From: Alphaproteobacteria bacterium | GTDB taxonomy: Bacteria > Pseudomonadota > Alphaproteobacteria > Rickettsiales > UBA3002 | Length of the DNA stretch: 64,000 nucleotides | Direction of reading: 5' to 3' | Assembly: GCA_017302575.1 (NCBI GenBank) | Contig: JAFLDD010000001.1 | Location: 777,988 to 841,987 of the forward strand | Shown here: piece by piece, positions 56,383 to 64,000 of the stretch | Numbering within the stretch: position 1 is the first letter of the stretch | Layout: the number at the start of each line of letters is the position of its first letter | Notes under the pieces: model-generated | Told to the model about the DNA's origin: nothing | What the model saw: the letters and a program-made list of their open reading frames with translations, nothing else | Databases searched by the model: none | Made by a program: the position numbers and the translations under genes

Positions 56383-56436
56383 AGTAATACTTAAGTTTTG
56401 GTTAAGATGCACCTATGTGCATTAGGGATTCTGTGG

Positions 56437-57312
56437 CTATTTTACACCGACCAGTGCCTTGGCAAATGCTTCTGCGTCAAAGGCTTGCAAATCGGCGACG
56501 CCCTCGCCCACCCCAATCGCATGAATCGGCAGGCCAAATTGTTCGGCTAACGCTACGACAACGCCCGCCTTCGCCGTGCCGTCGAGCTTGGTGACAATAA
56601 GCCCTGTCACCCCTGCCGTATCCTTGAAGGCCGCGACTTGCGAAAGCGCGTTTTGGCCTGTTGTTGCGTCAAGCACCTGAATCACGGCGCTGGGCGCCGA
56701 GCCGTCAACTTTTTGGATGGTTTTGAGGATCTTCGAAAGCTCGGCCATGAGATTGTCTTTGGTGTGCAAACGCCCTGCTGTATCGATGAATAGCAGATCG
56801 ATATTTTCCTGCTTCGCCTGCTCCATGGCACGGTACGCTACTGCCGCAGGGTCTGAGTTTTCTGCACCTGTAATGCATGGCACATTCGCACGGCTTGCCC
56901 ATTCCATAAGCTGCTCTACGGCGGCAGCGCGGAACGTGTCGGCAGCCGCTAACATCACCATTTTGCCTTGCGATTTATAGTGCGATGCCAGCTTGCCAAT
57001 CGTCGTCGTTTTACCATTACCATTTACGCCAACCACCACCACGCACCCTTCAGAAACCAGAGGCTTTGCATAGGGTGCAAGACGTTTGACAATTGCATCT
57101 GCGAGCAATGATTTTATCTCATCCTCGCTGATATCATTATCGACACGACCTTCGGAAATCTCGGCAACGATACTCGCTGCGGCCTTGGCGCCCATATCGC
57201 TCATGATGAGCAATTCTTCGAGCTCTTCGAGTGTTTGCGCGTCGAGTTTTTTCTTGGTGAAAAGCTCTGCAAAGCGTGAAGACGTTTTGAAAAGTCCGGA
57301 GAATAAGCTCAT
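56437..57312 (-). CDS. ftsY: Signal recognition particle receptor FtsY (short form without an acidic A domain)
   Basis: [20 protein letters not shown] and TKLDG motifs. Confidence 0.9.
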   Translation of the reverse strand: MSLFSGLFKTSSRFAELFTKKKLDAQTLEELEELLIMSDMGAKAAASIVAEISEGRVDNDISEDEIKSLLADAIVKRLAPYAKPLVSEGCVVVVGVNGNGKTTTIGKLASHYKSQGKMVMLAAADTFRAAAVEQLMEWASRANVPCITGAENSDPAAVAYRAMEQAKQENIDLLFIDTAGRLHTKDNLMAELSKILKTIQKVDGSAPSAVIQVLDATTGQNALSQVAAFKDTAGVTGLIVTKLDGTAKAGVVVALAEQFGLPIHAIGVGEGVADLQAFDAEAFAKALVGVK

Positions 57313-57315
57313 GGC

Positions 57316-58554
57316 TTAGGCTGCCAACAAATGCGTGGGCGTGGCCTGCGCGATGTTCACCGCACATAAGCTACCCACAGGCATTTCATGTGTGAGTGTC
57401 ACGGGCGCGAAGGTTTCGCTATGTCCCGTTTTGCCGCCCTGCTCGACCACGATGTTCATGGTTTTACCTACACAGGTTTGTAGATATTTCGCGACTTGTT
57501 TCTCACCTGCATCGCGCAAACGTGCGGCGCGTTCTTTGCGCAGCGCCATAGTCACTTGCGGCATTTTCGCAGCCGGAGTGCCCATGCGTGCGGAGTATGG
57601 AAATACGTGCAGATACGTCAGATTCACTTCTTCGACCAAACGCAAGGTGTTCTCGAACATCTCGTTCGTCTCGGTTGGGAAGCCCGCGATGATATCGGCG
57701 CCGTACACCATATCAGGGCGCAAACTGCGCACCTTCTCGCAGAATTCGACGATGTCTTTGCGCAAGTGGCGGCGCTTCATGCGCTTCAAGACCATATCAT
57801 CCCCCGCCTGCAAACTTACATGCAGATGCGGCATGAGGCGTGGTTCTTCTGCAATCAAGCGATATAAATCATCATCCACTTCCACCGCATCAATCGACGA
57901 AAGGCGTAGGCGTTTCAGTTCGGGCACTTGCGCGAGCACACGGCGCATCATTTGGCCGAGTGTTGGTTCACCGGGAAGGTCTTTGCCATAATCGGAAACA
58001 TCGACACCCGTAAACACGACTTCGTTGTAGCCATTTTCAACGAGCGTGCGCACTTGCGCAACAATTTCACCAATCGGCACTGAGCGCGAATTGCCACGAC
58101 CATAGGGAATAATGCAAAACGTGCAGCGATGATTGCAGCCATTTTGAACTTGAATGAAAGCACGCGCACGCCCGTCGAACGACGCAACGAGGTGCGACGC
58201 CGTTTCTTTCACGCTCATGATGTCATTCACCTGCGCGCGCTCCGTATCCACACTTAGATACGGTGCAGGTTTCATTTTCTCATCATTGCCCAAAACAGCG
58301 TTCACCTCAGGCATTGCTTTGAAATCTTCGGCATGCACTTGCGCAGCACAACCCGTAACGATGATACGCGCATTGGGGTTCTCGCGACGCGCGCGACGAA
58401 TCGATTGGCGCGCTTGTTTCTCGGCTTCCGCCGTCACCGCGCAGGTATTGAATATGATGGTGTCTTTCAGCCCCGCCGCTTCGGCGTGACTCTTCATCAC
58501 TTCGCTTTCGTAAGTGTTCAGGCGGCAACCGAATGTAACAACTTCAATGGACAT
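57316..58554 (-). CDS. mtaB: Radical-SAM methylthiotransferase, MiaB family (MtaB-like)
   Basis: N-terminal VVTFGCRLNTYESE, radical SAM cluster CNHRCTFCIIP and a C-terminal TRAM-like region. Confidence 0.7.
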   Translation of the reverse strand: MSIEVVTFGCRLNTYESEVMKSHAEAAGLKDTIIFNTCAVTAEAEKQARQSIRRARRENPNARIIVTGCAAQVHAEDFKAMPEVNAVLGNDEKMKPAPYLSVDTERAQVNDIMSVKETASHLVASFDGRARAFIQVQNGCNHRCTFCIIPYGRGNSRSVPIGEIVAQVRTLVENGYNEVVFTGVDVSDYGKDLPGEPTLGQMMRRVLAQVPELKRLRLSSIDAVEVDDDLYRLIAEEPRLMPHLHVSLQAGDDMVLKRMKRRHLRKDIVEFCEKVRSLRPDMVYGADIIAGFPTETNEMFENTLRLVEEVNLTYLHVFPYSARMGTPAAKMPQVTMALRKERAARLRDAGEKQVAKYLQTCVGKTMNIVVEQGGKTGHSETFAPVTLTHEMPVGSLCAVNIAQATPTHLLAA

Positions 58555-58610
58555 GGCGCTGCTTTAGCAGCAAGCAGGACGCGGGAAAAGTGAAAAACCT
58601 TGGGTTTGCC

Positions 58611-59081
58611 TTATCTTTGTTGAGGGCTACCAGAAGTATAACTAAGATTGGGCTCGTCATTATGCGGTGTTTCGCGCACTGGGCGTGGTGTAGGTGCTGG
58701 CCTGTATTGATCTGGCAATTCATCAATATGTACTGCGTAGTAAATATCTTTCAGGTCAATTTTTCCATCATTATCAAGGTCCCTGATCATGCGGCACTGG
58801 CCTTCTTGGTCATCTAATTGACCAAGCAACCTCAGCGCTTCATCCGTTCTGTTAGTGAGATTATAATCTGGCAATGCGGGCTCATTCCATCGCAGCTCCA
58901 AATGATGGCTTCGGCTTAAAAGCTCCATTCCCATTGGCTGCGCAACACGTGCACCCGAATGATAGGCCTGATAGGGATAAGTGAAACCGCGTTCTCCGTT
59001 AGGCACGTAGTAGGCATAATATCGATGAACGATATCATCAATTTTTGCGACTAACTGTTCTTCACTGAGTTTAGGTGGCAT
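58611..59081 (-). CDS. Hypothetical protein with an EF-hand-like loop, lower GC than its neighbours
   Basis: DLDNDGKIDLKD fits DxDxDGxIxxxD/E. Has a proline-rich tail. A perfect TATAAT lies in its own upstream gap (59082..59135). Confidence 0.5.
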   Translation of the reverse strand: MPPKLSEEQLVAKIDDIVHRYYAYYVPNGERGFTYPYQAYHSGARVAQPMGMELLSRSHHLELRWNEPALPDYNLTNRTDEALRLLGQLDDQEGQCRMIRDLDNDGKIDLKDIYYAVHIDELPDQYRPAPTPRPVRETPHNDEPNLSYTSGSPQQR

Positions 59082-59135
59082 AGCGTTACACTACTGTTAC
59101 GTATAAATTATATGTTGGAAGTGCTTAAGCTTTCG

Positions 59136-59963
59136 TTAATGGAGGCTTATTTCACCACTAAATACATAGGCCACGGGCCCCGTCATCAAGACACGACCAT
59201 TGCCTTCGCCTTGTATCCATTCAATCTCGAGCGTGCCACCCGGCAATTCCACGCTGACCTTACGCGCACAGAGTTCGCGGCGCACACCTGCCACAACCGC
59301 AGCGCAGGCAGCCGAACCACAGGCAAGCGTTTCGCCCGTACCGCGTTCCCACACTTTCATGCGCAGATGATTCGCATCAAGCACTTGCACGGCGCTGATA
59401 TTGGCGCGCTCAGGAAATAGCGGGTTCACTTCGAGCTTTTTGCCCCACTCGCCCATGCGCACGAAATTGGTGTCACGCACGAAGAAAATCGCATGTGGGT
59501 TGCCCATATTCACAGCGACAGGGTCCATCAACCCACCCTCTTCGAGGCCAAGATGGAGTGTGTTGCGCGACTCGCTGAGCGGAATCTGCTGCCAGTCCCA
59601 TTTTGGTTCGCCCATATCGACCTGAACTAAATCTGCGCCGATTCGTGTTGCGTTGACTACGCCAGCACCTGTTTCGATACTTACCTTATCTTTCTTTAAT
59701 TCGCGGATGAGAATGTCACCCACACAACGCGAGGCATTGCCACAGGTCGAGATCTTCGACCCATCACAGTTATAAATATGCATGTAAGCATCAGCGGTTT
59801 TGGAATTGTCGATAACGACCAGTTGGTCGCAACCAATGCCCAAACGCCTGTCGGCCAAATGTTTCGCCAAGGCTTCGTCGATCTTCAAGGCGTGCTTGCG
59901 CGCGTCAATGACCACGAAATCATTGCCGGTGCCATGCATTTTCTGGAATGGTAGTTTGCTCAT
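59136..59963 (-). CDS. dapF: Diaminopimelate epimerase
   Basis: MHGTGNDFVVID, with the catalytic Cys contexts STCGNASRC and LACGSAACA. Confidence 0.9.
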   Translation of the reverse strand: MSKLPFQKMHGTGNDFVVIDARKHALKIDEALAKHLADRRLGIGCDQLVVIDNSKTADAYMHIYNCDGSKISTCGNASRCVGDILIRELKKDKVSIETGAGVVNATRIGADLVQVDMGEPKWDWQQIPLSESRNTLHLGLEEGGLMDPVAVNMGNPHAIFFVRDTNFVRMGEWGKKLEVNPLFPERANISAVQVLDANHLRMKVWERGTGETLACGSAACAAVVAGVRRELCARKVSVELPGGTLEIEWIQGEGNGRVLMTGPVAYVFSGEISLH

Positions 59964-60003
59964 AGGCCGCGCTTATAGCCTAGCTGCAGACACAAACGCT
60001 AGA

Positions 60004-60468
60004 CTAAAATGGGATTTCATCATCCAAGCTAGCTTCGGCCACTTTTGAACGCTGGTAACCGCCCGAAGCTGGCGCATCATAGCCGCCTGCCCCTTCTTCA
60101 CGGTCACGCTTATCGAGCATGGTCAAATTGCCGTTATAGCCCTGCAACACCACTTCGGTGCTGTACTTGTCTTGGCCAGATTCTTTGTCCTGCCATTTGC
60201 GGGTTTGCAGTTGGCCTTCGATATACACCTTTGCGCCTTTTTTGAGGTAGTTCTTCGCAACGGTCACCAGATTATCGTTGAAGATCACCACGCGGTGCCA
60301 TTCGGTTTTCTCGCGGCGCTCGCCGGTATTCTTGTCTTTCCATGTATCGGAAGTCGCAATCGTGAGGTTGCAGATTTCGCGCCCGTCTTGGGTTGCGCGC
60401 ACTTCAGGGTCTTTGCCGAGATTGCCTACGAGAATTACTTTGTTGATGCTGCCAGCCATTGTCGTCAC
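60004..60468 (-). CDS. ssb: Single-stranded DNA-binding protein
   Basis: OB-fold N-terminus [15 protein letters not shown], a Gly-rich linker and the acidic tip DDEIPF. Confidence 0.9.
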   Translation of the reverse strand: MTTMAGSINKVILVGNLGKDPEVRATQDGREICNLTIATSDTWKDKNTGERREKTEWHRVVIFNDNLVTVAKNYLKKGAKVYIEGQLQTRKWQDKESGQDKYSTEVVLQGYNGNLTMLDKRDREEGAGGYDAPASGGYQRSKVAEASLDDEIPF

Positions 60469-60584
60469 TCCGTTTGGTTTTGTAGAGCGTCACTATACGG
60501 TCTATTTGTTGCCATGCAACGGCTTTCCCATTGACCTGTGGAGAGAATGCCCCTTATAGTGCTCGACCCCAATCTAGGACATTT

Positions 60585-63497
60585 ATGACAGAATTCATCT
60601 CCATCCGCGGCGCAAAACAGCATAATCTCAAGAACGTAGATCTCGATATCCCCAAGAATAAACTGGTGGTTATTACGGGCCTTTCAGGCTCGGGCAAGTC
60701 CAGCCTTGCCTTTGATACGCTCTATGCCGAGGGACAACGCCGCTATGTCGAGTCGCTTTCTGCCTATGCGCGCCAGTTTTTGAATATCCACGACAAGCCA
60801 GATGTAGAAAGCATCGAGGGTCTTTCGCCCGCGATTGCGATTGACCAGAAAACCACCTCGCGCAACCCGCGCTCGACGGTCGGTACCGTGACGGAAATAT
60901 ACGATTATCTGCGCTTGCTCTATGCGCGCATCGGCGTGCCCTACTCGCCCGCGACAGGTTTGCCGATTGAATCGCAGACGGTTTCGCAAATGGTCGATGT
61001 GATTAAAGAACTGCCCGAAGGCACAAAGCTCTATTTGCTCGCGCCGATGGTACGCGGCCAAAAAGGCGAACACCGCAAAGAGCTGCAGCACATGCAGAAA
61101 AAGGGCTTCACCCGCGTGAAGATCGACGACCTGTTCTACGAGATGCACGAGCTGCCAACGCTCGATAAAAACAAGAAACACGATATCTCGATTGTCGTTG
61201 ACCGCATCAAGGTGTCGAATGAATTGGGTAATCGTTTGGCCGATTCGATTGAGACCGCGTTGAATATCGGCAATGGCTTGGTGATGATTGAAATCGCTGA
61301 ATTGCCAACAGAGGCCAAAAAGAAAACCAAAGGCAAAGCGGATGATAAAGACGCACGTAAAGTAGGCGATATCATCACTTTGTCATCACAATTCGCCTGC
61401 CCTGTTTCGGGCTTTACGCTTTCGGAAATCGAGCCACGCTTGTTTTCGTTCAACTCGCCATTTGGCGCCTGCCCGACCTGCGACGGCCTCGGCACGCAAA
61501 TGTATTTCGACGAAGCATTAGTGGTGCCAGACGCAACCTTATCGCTCGCCACCGGTGCGATTGCACCGTGGAATTCGGGTCATGCGAAATTCTATCAGCA
61601 AGCGCTTGAGGCAGTCGCGAAGCATTACAAAGTGTCGATGATGACGCCGTTCAAAGATTTGCCAGAAGATGTTCAGAACGTCATTCTGCACGGTTCGGGC
61701 GATGAGCCGATCAAAATTTCGTATTTCGATGGTGCGCGCACCTTCCATAGCCATAAGCCATTCGAAGGGGTTATCGGCAATCTCAAGCGCCGCTACACGG
61801 AAACGGATTCCGACTGGTCGCGCGATGACATGGAAAAATACCAGTCCTTCTCGCCATGCGAATCGTGCCATGGCGCACGTCTGAAGCCAGAGGCACTCTG
61901 CGTGAAAATTGCCGAGCATGATATCTCGCAAGTATGTGATCTGACCATCGAAGATGCGGGTAAATGGTTCGCGGCCTTGCCGAAAAAGCTCAATGCAAAG
62001 CATAATAAAATCGCTGAAAAAGTCTTAAAAGAAATCCGCGACCGTCTTGGATTCTTGGAGAATGTCGGCTTGGATTATCTGACACTCAAGCGCGAGTCTG
62101 GCACACTTTCGGGTGGCGAAGCACAGCGCATTCGCCTTGCCTCACAAATCGGCTCAGGCCTTTCGGGCGTGGTGTACGTGCTCGATGAGCCGTCGATTGG
62201 GTTGCACCAGTGCGATAATGAACGTCTGTTACACACGCTCCAGCATCTGCGCGATTTGGGCAATACTGTTATCGTCGTCGAGCATGATGAAGACACGATG
62301 CGCCGTGCTGATTACCTCATTGATATGGGGCTTGGCGCAGGCATTCATGGCGGCAAAGTGATTGCGAAAGGTACACCGGAAGAAGTCGAGAACACCAAAG
62401 CTTCCATCACTGGTCAATATCTGTCTGGTGCGAAGCAAATCGATGTGCCAAAGGAACGCCGCCAAGGCTACAAAATGAAATCGATTCGCATTAAAGGTGC
62501 GCGTGCAAACAACCTGAAAGGCATCAACGCCGAGTTCCCGCTTGGCCTATTCACCTGCGTGACGGGTGTTTCGGGCGGTGGCAAATCATCGCTTGTGATT
62601 GAAACGCTTTATAAAGCGGTGACCAAGCGTTTGCATGGCAGCAAGGTAACACCAGGCGCGCATGATAAAATCGAAGGCTTGGAGTTCATCGACAAAATTA
62701 TTGAAATCGACCAATCACCGATTGGCCGCACGCCACGCTCAAACCCTGTGACCTATACGGGTGCATTCCAGCCGATTCGTGATTGGTTTGCGGGTCTGCC
62801 CGAATCCAAATCGCGTGGCTATGCGCCGGGCCGCTTCAGCTTCAACGTGAAGGGCGGACGCTGCGAAGCCTGCCAAGGCGACGGCATGATTAAAATTGAG
62901 ATGCACTTTTTGCCAGACGTCTATGTGACCTGTGATCAGTGTAAGGGCATGCGCTATAACCGTGAGACGATGGAAGTAAAGTACAAGGACAAATCGATTG
63001 CCGATGTACTGAACATGACCGTTGATGAAGCGGCGGAATATTTCACCGCGCACCCAAGCATTCGCGAAAAACTCTTGGCGCTTAAAGAAGTAGGCTTGGG
63101 ATATATTCGCCTTGGTCAGTCGGCGACTACACTTTCGGGTGGTGAAGCACAGCGCATTAAACTCGCCAAGGAGCTTTCTAAACGCGCCACGGGTAAAACG
63201 CTTTATATCCTCGATGAGCCGACCACGGGTCTGCATAGCGACGATATTAAGAAGCTGCTGGGCGTGCTGCATAAGCTGGTTGATTCGGGCAACACGCTGG
63301 TCGTCATCGAGCATAATCTCGATGTCATTAAGACAGCGGATTACATTGTCGATATCGGCCCTGCGGGCGGTCACAAAGGTGGGCAAGTGGTGGCAACGGG
63401 TACGCCGGAAGAAGTTGCTGCGCATGCTAAAAGCATCACGGGGCAATACCTTAAGCCGTTGCTTTCAAAGAAGAAAGCAAAAGGCAAAGCCGCGTAG
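60585..63497 (+). CDS. uvrA: Excinuclease ABC subunit A
   Basis: ATG at 60585 ([20 protein letters not shown]). Two ABC modules ([18 protein letters not shown]) and zinc-finger Cys clusters. Confidence 0.95.
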   Translation: MTEFISIRGAKQHNLKNVDLDIPKNKLVVITGLSGSGKSSLAFDTLYAEGQRRYVESLSAYARQFLNIHDKPDVESIEGLSPAIAIDQKTTSRNPRSTVGTVTEIYDYLRLLYARIGVPYSPATGLPIESQTVSQMVDVIKELPEGTKLYLLAPMVRGQKGEHRKELQHMQKKGFTRVKIDDLFYEMHELPTLDKNKKHDISIVVDRIKVSNELGNRLADSIETALNIGNGLVMIEIAELPTEAKKKTKGKADDKDARKVGDIITLSSQFACPVSGFTLSEIEPRLFSFNSPFGACPTCDGLGTQMYFDEALVVPDATLSLATGAIAPWNSGHAKFYQQALEAVAKHYKVSMMTPFKDLPEDVQNVILHGSGDEPIKISYFDGARTFHSHKPFEGVIGNLKRRYTETDSDWSRDDMEKYQSFSPCESCHGARLKPEALCVKIAEHDISQVCDLTIEDAGKWFAALPKKLNAKHNKIAEKVLKEIRDRLGFLENVGLDYLTLKRESGTLSGGEAQRIRLASQIGSGLSGVVYVLDEPSIGLHQCDNERLLHTLQHLRDLGNTVIVVEHDEDTMRRADYLIDMGLGAGIHGGKVIAKGTPEEVENTKASITGQYLSGAKQIDVPKERRQGYKMKSIRIKGARANNLKGINAEFPLGLFTCVTGVSGGGKSSLVIETLYKAVTKRLHGSKVTPGAHDKIEGLEFIDKIIEIDQSPIGRTPRSNPVTYTGAFQPIRDWFAGLPESKSRGYAPGRFSFNVKGGRCEACQGDGMIKIEMHFLPDVYVTCDQCKGMRYNRETMEVKYKDKSIADVLNMTVDEAAEYFTAHPSIREKLLALKEVGLGYIRLGQSATTLSGGEAQRIKLAKELSKRATGKTLYILDEPTTGLHSDDIKKLLGVLHKLVDSGNTLVVIEHNLDVIKTADYIVDIGPAGGHKGGQVVATGTPEEVAAHAKSITGQYLKPLLSKKKAKGKAA

Positions 63498-63548
63498 TTT
63501 CACAGAAGCTTCATAAATTCCTCTCTCCAACCATGCTACATTTGTGGC

Positions 63549-64000
63549 ATGAGAACGGCGCCACTTAATCTATATGCGAATGATCGCCATCCATGCGATG
63601 ACGTTCGCATTTTGCTCGCGAAAATACCTGCTCCGTTGCATGGGCTTTTTTCGCTAACGGTAGAACACGGCAAAGCCATCAAACTTGAGATGCAGCCTAA
63701 TCCCGTGATTCATGCTATGGCGGAGCTCAAGGGCAATAGAACCACAGACCATAATGGTTTTGTGCGCAGCTATAAGGGCAATGAACTTCGCGCACTCATC
63801 GATGCGACAGATAATAACGCGACCGTACCAACAGAATCAGTGGCAATGAGTGTCTATGTAGACCGAGAACCTGCAGAAAAATATTATGCAGAAGATTATC
63901 ACTACGCGGATAAAAAATTTCTAGGCAGCTTCACACTTAGCACCTTGCTGGAACCTGACGCTGCAACCCAATATGGGCTGCCTGCTTTATCTGGTAATGA
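63549..64000 (+). CDS. Partial hypothetical CDS open to the window end
   Basis: ATG at 63549, with no in-frame stop through 64000 by hand translation (MRTAPLNLYANDRHPCDDVRILLAKIP...). I recognise no family. Confidence 0.35.
   Translation, partial: MRTAPLNLYANDRHPCDDVRILLAKIPAPLHGLFSLTVEHGKAIKLEMQPNPVIHAMAELKGNRTTDHNGFVRSYKGNELRALIDATDNNATVPTESVAMSVYVDREPAEKYYAEDYHYADKKFLGSFTLSTLLEPDAATQYGLPALSGN

Noticed and set aside
60469-60584. I looked for an alphaproteobacterial LexA box (GTTC-N7-GTTC / GAAC-N7-GAAC) in the ssb-uvrA divergent region.
   Set aside because: No such direct repeat is present. Only a weak 5-bp dyad, GTTGC-CAT-GCAAC (60508..60520), is there, so I make no SOS-box claim.

Overview
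This is a dense alphaproteobacterial chromosomal segment of roughly 50% GC. I saw no rRNA, CRISPR array, transposase or integrase.

Most of the window is housekeeping:
- ccmDEFGH(I) cytochrome c maturation
- glnB-glnA behind a sigma-54 promoter
- ileS-gpsA, metC and znuACB
- tsaD / hemC-hemD-alphaMic60-hemY synteny
- gatCAB, ruvX, plsY, dprA, topA
- ftsY, mtaB, dapF, ssb / uvrA

Four accessory modules stand out:
1. Type IV filament genes at 202..11530. A TPR protein, pilT and pilU run convergent to pilB-pilC, a PilM/N fusion, a PilO-like gene, a secreted P/T-rich protein and an orphan ABC ATPase. No pilin, secretin or prepilin peptidase is visible.
2. A frameshifted chimeric flagellin at 16458..18177. 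It carries RTX repeats and a PA14 domain, and lies next to tRNA-His.
3. A Rickettsiales-style (rvh-like) split type IV secretion island at 48890..56303: virB3-virB4-3x virB6. It includes a 53-codon lipoprotein gene in the canonical virB7 position that the ORF track misses. Convergent to the island is a two-gene candidate effector operon.
4. Small orphan modules: a Gly-rich membrane protein with an acidic helical protein, and a low-GC gene with an EF-hand-like loop.

Smaller observations:
- Two low-GC patches inside a type-2 (eukaryote-like) ileS.
- A perfect 34-nt alternating pyrimidine-purine tract in front of plsY.
- A two-copy GC-rich intergenic element.
- Sub-threshold genes: ccmD and a CcmI-like mini protein.

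All functional calls come from motifs read by eye. No database search was run.
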